Both the position numbers and the translations under genes were made by a program. 64,000 bases of DNA from Octopus sinensis (taxonomy: Eukaryota), in contig NC_043009.1 in the NCBI RefSeq assembly GCF_006345805.1, positions 14,508,001 through 14,572,000 of the forward strand. Reading direction: 5' to 3'. Below are positions 54,113 to 64,000 of the stretch, one piece after another. The stretch's first letter is position 1; the number at the start of each line of letters is the position of its first letter. The notes under the pieces are model-generated. The model was not told where the DNA came from. It did no database searches and saw nothing but the letters and a program-made list of their open reading frames with translations.

Positions 54113-55466
54113 AATCCCGTCGGAATAAGCTGTAAATTTCGGAGATACATACATACGGACTTACACACATACATATATGCATGCATCCATCCATATATAC
54201 ATACATATATTTCACTTAGTATAGGTGAGTTTTCTTTTTAAAGATTAATACTAGGAAATCCCTTTTCATCCGTCACTATTTGCAAATATTTAATTTTGCA
54301 TTTCACACAATCATACTCACAACCATAAGTTAATTATTATTGCAGCTGGACTGAAAACTTTAGAAATATACTTTTGCGTGCATGGGAAACATGGAGAAAT
54401 ATTCTATACATACAATGAGTATAATATAAATTTTATGAAATTTGTTTCTAGTTATATAAAATGATGAAATGAAGATATATTTTGAAATGAAACAGTAATC
54501 TAATTAAACTTAAATAAAAATGTAGCCTTTGTATAACTCTTTTGTCGTTTATTCCTTTTCCAGCTCAAACTTTCTTCTCTGCATCCGTCTCTATGTTCCT
54601 TGCTCTTCTCTCCGCTTATCGTGCACCTCATCATGCAATCAACCTGCACCTCAATCAACCTGCCCACAAAAACATCTAAATCTGCTATTATTATATGAAG
54701 GTATACGGGGCTTTATTATCGTGGGAGGCACATTAACCACAATTAGCTACCAGGATTCATAGAGTTCCTATGTATAGAAATGTGCCAAATGTAAATCTGT
54801 GTTGCGTGTATATTAAATACATATTTTATAAGAATTATAATAAATCTCTCTCTCTCCCTCTCTCCCTCCCTCCCTTCCGTCTCGCTCTTTCTTTTTGACA
54901 TACACACTCCTACACAAGTTACAAGAATAATTATACGACCGCTTAGGAATGTATAGATGCTATTAGTTCGCTTCTAAAGCTGGATTTATCGAGGATTTCA
55001 TTTATGATTGTCATATTCACCGAATATTCAATGAATGTTGGCATAACAATAACGAAGAAAGTTCATTCTAAATAATTTTTCAAATTAATTCTGCAAGAAC
55101 AGCTGTAACTAAAATGGCTGCATTTTCTAACATTAATGTAACAGGCATTTTTTAAAATACATATATTCAAAATTATATATTTATTACACAAGCGTATACT
55201 TAAACACACGGATAATTTATAAGTTATTTAATATAAACGTGCTTTTATATTGTCATCTCAATCATTTGCATTAAAGTAGATTAAAACAATTACCAGCCAA
55301 ATGTGTGTAAAGCAAGCTGCCATAATTATGATCAACAGTGAATCCAGAGTTTGTGTTAAGCTATATGTACATATGTGTTTGTATGTCAATAAGTATATGC
55401 AAAGATGCATACATACATGTATACATTCATATATATATTTATATATATATATGTATGTGTGTATTC

Positions 55467-55500
<34 letters not shown>

Positions 55501-56159
55501 ACGCATATTGTTGCTTAATGCGTGTATTTACACACATACCCTTGTACATGCATACATACACATTTATATAAGCAATGATAATGATGGCGTAGATGTAATG
55601 GAAATCTTGTTCAATTGAACATGGAAAATTACAAGACAAATTACGAGACAGATGAAGTTGGAATCGGAATTTAAATGTAACTATTGTGTGGGTTAGGTTA
55701 GAAATCTATAGAGAATAGATTGAAGGGAAATCTGAATACCCGTTGGTAGCTTGTTGAAACTGCCGTTAAATTTGAAGGTCCATTTTTTCCCGCATAGCAC
55801 CGTCTCCTGCATAGAGAAGACATAAAAAAAGCTGGGTAAGAATTTCTGGGTATAAAGAAAATATAGAGTGTCGGACTTACTGAAACTCAAAGGGCAAAGG
55901 TTTCGAATCTTTTAACTTGTTTGAGGATGAATTATCATTTCTGGGTGGCACAAGATAAACTTCACTAAAATAACCTCCCCGTTTATCTCTCAGTATTTCT
56001 CATCTGAGAGCATATTACTAATTTTTTTCTGCTACTAGAAAACTGAATTCACATTGTAGCCACTTTCCCCCTTTAGCTGAACATATGTTTCTTAATACTG
56101 AGCAATAGGTGAAAATCCAAGAGAAGATTTTGAAAGAAGAGCGAGATTTCTCTCCACTG

Positions 56160-56470
56160 TATACGAGTGATGAGGCCAATCCGGGCAAGAAAGTCCCTCC
56201 CACAGGTGGGGCAGAAGTGGGTAGGGGATGTGCTGTTGGTGCAGGTGGCTCTGGCTTTCCGCATCTGGCATTTCTGTTCTGCTGACTGAATCCGTCTCTC
56301 CTCGGCTGTCTTTGCTCCTGTGGTGATTGCGCTGCGCCAGGATGAGCGGTCGGCAGCAAGTGTCTCCCAAGTCTCAGTGCCGATGGTCTCATAGCAGCAA
56401 TTCCACCAAATGATGTCAATGGTCATCTTCGAACTCGAAGGACGAACATTATTATTATTATACGAGTGAT
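56160..56470 (+). mobile_element. Short RTE-clade insertion: inverted 5' segment, 3' end, (ATT)n tail and 12-bp target-site duplication
   Basis: TATACGAGTGAT at 56160-56171 and 56459-56470. Minus segment encodes WETLAADRSSWRS...CPTCGRDFLARIGLI. Plus segment is TGATGTCAATGGTCATCTTCGAACTCGAAGGACGAAC(ATT)n. Confidence 0.85.
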
Positions 56471-57271
56471 CCAGCCATATTTTATTTTAGATCTGCCAAA
56501 ATTGTTCACCCTCATTGTGGCCCTATTGGGAAAATAGTTAAGTACCGTCTTTCATCAGGAAAACTGAGTGGTAGAGTTGAACTGAAGGGTAGCTTCATAT
56601 ACATTAAATCTAATATCAAAACACACTAACTAACCCCTGGCCGAACAGTAATGATTATTAATGCAGAGATAATAATAAGCATGATCACGCAGCGTTACTT
56701 CACCTGTTGATCAATTAACTAAACTAATTATGCATCAGGATATAAATAAGCTGTGGGGTATCTTGTCGATTCACGGTTTAATTATTTAAATATTACCCAT
56801 AACACGGGAAATTGTGAAATGGGTAATTTATACGTGATCACTCTGTGATGGTACCATGACTAATTAATAAAAACGTGCAACACAGCAGTCCTATGTCGAT
56901 AAAGTAGGCTCTTGTTACATCACGGAAAAAAGGCTTAACAAAAGAGCATTAGGAAATAAAATATCTCATGCACATTACGATAAATACGCAAGTAAATAAG
57001 TTTTCTTCCTATTAATTGTGAATAAACGTTTGTATATTTTGTGAGACTCTCTCCCACTCTTTCTCTTAATAAATGCATTCTTGTTTATGATTCCTGTGCA
57101 CTTAAAACTTGTTTATATCGACACACTCCAACACACATTTTCACACCCATAGAAATATATTCACAAACACACACACACATGTAATAATGCATATACATAT
57201 GTAAATTTATATGTATATGTATATACATCTATCTATCTAATCATCCCTCACTCTCTTTATATATATATATG

Positions 57272-58119
57272 TTGGGTCATCCAATAAATAATGCGTCTTT
57301 ATACGTCTTTTATCTTTAAACATTAAGATAAACAAAGTTCTTTTTAATTTAAAATATACTCTCCTTCATTTTCTACAATGCTCTTCCATCTATCTGGTAG
57401 TTCTTGCAAGGCCCCTCTTCCAAAGTTCACTTGTCTGTGACGAGTAATATTCCTCCAGTACTCTTCTGATTTCGTCTACAGAATTCATATTATTTCCGTC
57501 CAAAAGATTTCAAAGACTGCGGAATAAATGATAGTCAGATGGAGTAATGTCCGGAGAATACGGTATGTGGGGCATCGTTTCCAATTCAAACTGCACTAGC
57601 CTTTGGAATATCATCCTCCCTGTATTTGGCTGAGCATTATCCTGATGGAAGTTCACCCTTCGTCTTGAAATCAACGATGGTAGTTTCTCTTCTAGTGCTA
57701 GTGATGGTGAATGGTTGAATGATCAAATCCAAGATCCTCTACGAGTTTCTTGGAGTTTGCAGGACGTCTCCGTCGACCTCTACAGGTCTTCCAGGATGAG
57801 GCTCATCTTCTAGGCTGTAGTTTCCAGCACGGAATTTCTGGAACCCCCGTTGACAATGGTTTGCGCTTATTGTCCGATCCCCATGTACTGCATTAATATT
57901 CCTCGCTCTTTGCCGAATATTCTCCTTTGTCACTGCCATTGTAGCTTTGAAAAACTAACTGGTAAAATCGAACTACACTCTTCAAGAATAAGCACTAAGA
58001 ATAAGGACAAGGTAAAATTACAACCTATTCTTATAATAAGCTGGTGCAGGTGGTTTATTCCATCCTCCTCTGACTTAATTTTCAAGCAATTGAAAAAACC
58101 GCATTATTTATGGGAATAC

Positions 58120-58123
<4 letters not shown>
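57272..58123 (-). mobile_element. mariner (DD34D-type) internally deleted copy
   Basis: TIRs TTGGGTCATCCAATAAATAATGCG and CGCATTATTTATGGGAATACCCAA in (TA)n. HTH: [37 protein letters not shown]-terminal PHIPYSPDITPSDYHLFRSL. Confidence 0.92.
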
Positions 58124-58197
<74 letters not shown>

Positions 58198-58204
58198 TAC
58201 ATAC

Positions 58205-58266
<62 letters not shown>

Positions 58267-58369
58267 CAAACATACATACATAAATATATGTGTTGATATA
58301 TATATATATATATATAATATATATATATACACATACATACATACATACATAAATATATATGTTTATATA

Positions 58370-58416
<47 letters not shown>

Positions 58417-59098
58417 ACAATACATTAGAGATTTGGGTACGCTGCTTCAAATAATATTTGATACAACAATTATTCTATGGGACGAAGGGGAGATTTAACA
58501 GTAAATCCCTGTCTGTGTAGGTAATCGGAGATTATATTATATATCATTATACTATTATTATACTATATATTCAAGTGAAACAATCTATTTGTGCAGACGT
58601 TTCTCTCTCTCACACCCACACATAAAACAAAGAAAAACCGTTTTTCTTTTTACCTATGATTAGTAAAACGGTGATTTCGGTGATTGTAAACTGTACTGTG
58701 TTGCGAATTTTTGAGTGTCCATGAGATGAGAAAACCATACTGCATGTACAATATGATAATCAACCACTTTATCGGATTTTGGCTATGATATCCATTAAGT
58801 TTAGAAAGCGCGTAAATGTTTCCTTGATGGATCGCGTAATTATAAGAATGTGTGTGTTGTTACGCCTATTTATTGTTTGCTGCAGGTAGAGTTCGTTTGC
58901 TCGTATTTATGTTGAATTCAGTTATATAACTTTATTTCCATTTATAGTAATTTCTTCAGAAAGGTTTGACAAAAGTGGATTTTTCTAAATTAGTCACTGT
59001 TTTATAAATTATATTGCTATAATTCTGAAACATAAATGAGATTTGTAAAACATGTGCTGCTAAACACATTCACATGCGTATAAAATTACACTCATTTT

Positions 59099-59148
<50 letters not shown>

Positions 59149-61043
59149 TCTATCTCACGCAGACACGTTATAATATGTGAGTGTATGTATGTCGTGTGTA
59201 GTTATATGAATATCAGTGCAAGATCTGTTTCAATGCCCACATAAAAATATATACATATAAACACACATGCACGCAGTCATACACACACACATATATAAGC
59301 ACACACGTTGCCAAACATATATGTACATATTTATATAACGAAACACGCACAAACACGCACGCATAGGTATATATGCATATGCGTATATACATCGAATAGG
59401 AACTGTGTCAAGTTTAGTCTTTCAGCTTCCAAAACTTTCATCTGTTACATCAGGGGTAATAATAATGCAAAGCTGAATAGAAGAGATGCAAGTAGTTTGC
59501 GAACAAAAATCAGGCAAAAGTAGAATTGCTGAAAATTATCCTCTAAAATGTGGCTATCTGGAAAAGTCGATTATATACAGTGCCAAGGTTAAATAAAACA
59601 TCTGCGATAAACCTAACAGATTGAGTGGGAAAAGAAACTGACATTCAAAAATCGTTCTTAAAAGCACAAGCATTCATTTGTCAATCGCAATAGAAAATGT
59701 GCTCCAGCTTTGTCGAAATTTATATGGTTCAGGCATTAAACAGGCTCTCACGAATTCAAAATTACCTGCTCTAATATCGGTAGTGCACCACTATACAGGA
59801 ACAGGAGCTTCAAATTAAAGATTCAAGTGAACTTTTTGTGGCCCCAAAAGCTGTGAATTTTAACTCAACGTAGTAATAGTTTGAAAAATGTGACTGAAAT
59901 CTTAATGACTTGAATTCACGTGGGTAATATATTTTATGCAAATGTAAGCCTCCTTTGATTCTGTTTCAGAAAATGTGTCGGTTTCGAAATATTTAAGTAA
60001 TAAATTTTATTAATATATGGTTTTACCATGTGGAGTTCCTCTCTCTTTCTCTCTCTCTCTTCCCCCCTCTCTCTATATTTATGTATGTGTGTGTGTGATT
60101 TAGCTTATTTAAAACGGTTCAACAAACTCATTCATATTTATGTAATGGAGGAAATTAGATGCTAAAATTGATCATAGTTTTTATTTTTCATGTTGCTATA
60201 CAATGTGTTTCCTATAAAAAGACTTAGATGTTCATAAATAGAAAATCGGAATAATCATATTTGTACTCGTCAGTAGTTGGTATAAAAACTAAAAAGGCCG
60301 TATGAAGTACATAGAGTTTATCTTAGTTACCATTTTAGGATTACAGCGTTCGCTCTTGCAATCATGCCTGTATATTCCTTATTTTATGAAAACAATTTCA
60401 TAGCTTTAAAATATATTTAACCTTCATTCATCACTTCGTAACTCAAGGTACCCAAGATACTCATCAATTCGTAAAAGTTACACAAATATTTTTCGAAATA
60501 ATTACAGAGAAAGAAACAGTCATGCTTTGTCGCAAAAATAGCCATGACTGCAAGAACGAATACAATACTCCTAAAAGGAAAACTAAGAGAAAAATCTATG
60601 TAATTCTGACATCGTTTATCGTTTTTAGTTTTTATATCAGCTACTGACGAGTACAAATATGGCTATTACGGATTTCTATTTATGAATATCTGAGTCATTT
60701 AGTATGAAACAAATTGTTTAACAACATGAAAAAAAAAATATAAACCATTTTAACATCTTATCTCCTCCTTTACATAAATATAAACGAATTTGTTCAACTG
60801 TGTTTAATAAGTTATATCATATAGCGATTATTTCTTTACAAGTTTGTAAACCTAAACGAATTTATAGAAGTAAATTCAAAAGTAAAGTATGACGAAAACA
60901 CATTAGAAAAATTTAACGGACGACTCACAGTCATCCGATAAAAAATATATTATACATATATAATAATATATATATATAATATATATATATATATTATATA
61001 TATATATATATTATATATTATTAAAAAATATATATAATGTACG

Positions 61044-61125
<82 letters not shown>

Positions 61126-62939
61126 AACTTATATCGGGAGGAAACTCTGGAAATCATCACATCCATGAAACACATAATCAATACGCATTCCTAAGTAATT
61201 GTATCATGCAAACATAAGATTAACGCAGCGTTCGAACACATTACGAAACGAAAAAAAAACTAACTATGAATAGCATCTAACCGAACAAGAGAAAAATCTA
61301 TAAACGAAGTATACAAAAAAAAAAAGAAAAAAATCCTACCTTATATCACTGTACCACCGTAAGTGATTAAAAGGGCCTTTTAAGGGAACATCACCTGTAA
61401 ACTCAAGCAATGAACTTTGACACAAAACAAAGCTTACTTCCTGGCCCTACAACATTTGAATTCATTAAGGAAATACCTGCTATGACTAAGGTTAAACGTA
61501 TGACCTATATCAACCATCCCAACATGTGCACACGTAAATATCAAAACAAGTATAGCGTCACCACACAGTCCTCCCTCTCCTTTATCAGTATTTTCCCTTT
61601 CTCTCGCTCCATCACCGTCTCTTCTTCCTTACCAAATACACATAGGACCGTCCATGTACTCCAATAAAAGTTCCGATTGCGGAAAATTGATAAGCTTCCT
61701 TGGGTTAAACATTGGTTAGTTCCGACTTTAACGTCACATCATGTGAAGAAATGAACGCACGAACTAAGACCCACAAGATGTCCATGGATATTACAAATTG
61801 CATTGTAATCAACCGAGGAATAGGGACTATGGTTGTAAGAAACATCGAAACTTTAGAAACGCCCGTAGTGACGCATTACAATATTTATAAATTCTATTCA
61901 TGGATAATAATAATTATTTTTACTACTACGTTCGTATCTTTGAGCCGTAGCCGACATTATAAAACAGAGCTGTTATATGCGTATTCAAAAACGTTTAACG
62001 TAGACGAAGATATGTATATAGTACGTATGAAGGTATGTATGCATGCGTGCATGTATATACTGTTCAGATAAGGCAAAGTAGAGCAAATTGTAGACATTTC
62101 TATATTTCTCGTCAACATATCATACCCTGCTTTATATTTTAATTGAAATATTTCTAAGAAAGTAACCAAAAACGAAGTATCATGAGTAGCAGGAATTTCT
62201 ATTAGGTTGTAGTTCAGATTTGACTCTAACTTCACCCCATACGGAGTAAACGATTCTTGCTATAGCCTTAGAATGAAACTGTGCGGAGTTTACACATAAC
62301 GGTGTATGTGTGCGTGCGTGTGTGCGTGTTGACATGGATGTGTTTGTCTTTAAGTGTGTGAGCTTTTCTCCTGCGTGTAATGGTAAAGGATATACATGTC
62401 TGGGAGAAGCAAAAAGCCCATAAGACACTTGAAATCTTCCTCGGCAAAAAAATAGAATAAACATTTTATTGGTGAGTTAGGAATCTGTAATCAATAAACC
62501 TCACTTCACGAATTGTGATAACAAGAACGAAATGAAATGGACAAACAAGGCATAAAAAAAGGATAGAAATATTTGTTTTGAATTTGGTAAACAATGCCGC
62601 GAATGCGAAAGTTAATAAGCCGGTGGGAACCGTAATCGATGAAGAAAAACTTCCGTATAGTATTTTATATTTAACATTGTGACAGCTACACCTGCGATGG
62701 CAGACAAAAACGCAGTACAGACGGGAAAAAGTAAGAGTAGAAAAAATATAAGAAATAAAAAAAAAAATATAGCTTATGAAAAAGAAATCGCAGCTACGAT
62801 AATATAAACTATCCTATGTAAATGTTTGAATTTCTATGTATTGTATTGTAAAAATGTAAATGTCACTACGGATACTAACATACAGTATATACAATGTATT
62901 GATAATTAGCTACCACCGGCACAACCACCAATAACTAAA

Positions 62940-62991
62940 ACTAATAATAATAATGATAATAGTAATAATAACAATAATAATAATAATAGTA

Positions 62992-63037
<46 letters not shown>

Positions 63038-63077
63038 TAATAATAATAACAATAATGATAATAACAACAACAACAAA
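62940..63077 (+). repeat. (AAT)n/(AAC)n microsatellite
   Basis: Read directly. Confidence 0.95.
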
Positions 63078-63570
63078 TACCCTGATGCAGTACAAGGCAG
63101 TTGCTCTCATGGCTTCTGATCATAACTGATTGAAAGTGTTATCACGTACATTATTTTGTCTTGGTATAACAGATGGGCTACAGCAAATATTCTACTTAAT
63201 GCCACAGATTTGCTTGTCAGTTGTTTAACCATAACCAGTTGAGCAAAAGTAGTGGGGGAGCATCATAGCCATGTGTTGAAAGGAATTCTTTGGGGTTTGG
63301 ATAATTCAACTTTGGAAACATGGGTGTTTCGTTCAACACCCTTAAACAACCCTTATACAGGGACCTTTTGAGCTCCTCGGCCAGAAGAAAATTCTAACTG
63401 GGCCTTATCTACAAGTTCATGCGCTGTTTATCTTGATATGAGATCACCATATCGTGTACATATAGTTGTGAAGCATGTGCCTTGTGTACCCTTATCAGAC
63501 GGATAGTCATGATGGGCTCCGTATATTTTATCCCAGTATCACTTTGTTAGCGTGCACTGCTCTCTCACTC
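63078..63570 (+). mobile_element. ~490-bp non-coding interspersed element embedded between (AAT)n tracts
   Basis: Complex sequence bounded on both sides by AAT repeats, ending CTCTCTCACTC(AAT)n; no ORF. Confidence 0.5.
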
Positions 63571-63580
63571 AATAATAATG

Positions 63581-63631
<51 letters not shown>

Positions 63632-63730
63632 TTAATAATAATAATAATAATAATAATAATGATAATAATAATAATAACAGCAACAACAACAATAATAATT
63701 ATAATGATAATAATAATAATAAAAAAACTA

Positions 63731-63805
<75 letters not shown>
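63571..63805 (+). repeat. (AAT)n microsatellite
   Basis: Read directly. Confidence 0.95.
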
Positions 63806-63806
<1 letters not shown>

Positions 63807-64000
63807 TAGACAGGAAAATACGCAAGCTGCTGAGTTGTAATAGGATGCACCACCCAAAGGCAGACGTAGATCGCCTTTACCTTCCCAGAGCCCAAGGAGG
63901 TCGAGGCCTGATCCATTTCGAACTAGTTTACAAAACAACCACAATTGGACTGGCCAAATATCTTGAAATAACGAATGACTGGATGCTAAAGCTCGTGGAA
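63806..64000 (+). mobile_element. 5'-truncated R4/Dong-type retrotransposon, post-RT region, running off the window
   Basis: 65 open codons IDRKIRKLLSCNRMHHPKADVDRLYLPRAQGGRGLIHFELVYK..., starting immediately after (AAT)n. Missed by the ORF track because the frame runs off the window. Confidence 0.85.

Noticed and set aside
60644-60680. CTGACGA-GTAC, resembling a hammerhead start
   Set aside because: No closing stem II plus GAAA.
61410-62071. Two plus-strand ORFs (85 and 119 aa) as host exons
   Set aside because: No recognisable domain or splice context, and one runs into low-complexity sequence.

Overview
AT-rich eukaryotic DNA full of (TA)n, (AAT)n, (CA)n and (ATCT)n microsatellites. The repeat content suggests a coleoid cephalopod, probably Octopus (inference). 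I find no supportable host gene, rRNA or CRISPR array; almost every ORF in the track is microsatellite noise or a transposon remnant. The dominant signal is a set of (TA)n-anchored elements carrying minimal type I hammerhead ribozymes (HHRs) in at least five unrelated sequence families, about 44 complete motifs counted by eye. They include a 14.7-kb tandem array of ~475-bp monomers (33128-47784, 32 HHRs, polarity flip at 42921/42922), an adjacent 2.5-kb array of ~507-bp monomers (30598-33090, 5 HHRs, also flipped), two ~1-kb foldback palindromes of one family (3811-4833, 18116-19392) and smaller palindromes (2404-2507, 22759-22995, 29154-29292). Nearly all share one architecture: two arms joined head-to-head, with HHR-sense 3' ends facing out into (TA)n. 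This fits Penelope-like element (PLE) pseudo-LTRs or non-LTR retrozymes, and a degraded PLE ORF lies at 53060-53960. A second system targets (AAT)n: R4/Dong-type RLE retrotransposon copies (1-1110, 6468-7494, 63806-end, an older piece at 1245-1985) and short (AAT)n-tailed elements. Also present are two RTE insertions with twin-priming-type 5' inversions, two Tc1/mariner deletion derivatives, a decayed CR1/L2-like RT and several tRNA-derived SINE fragments.
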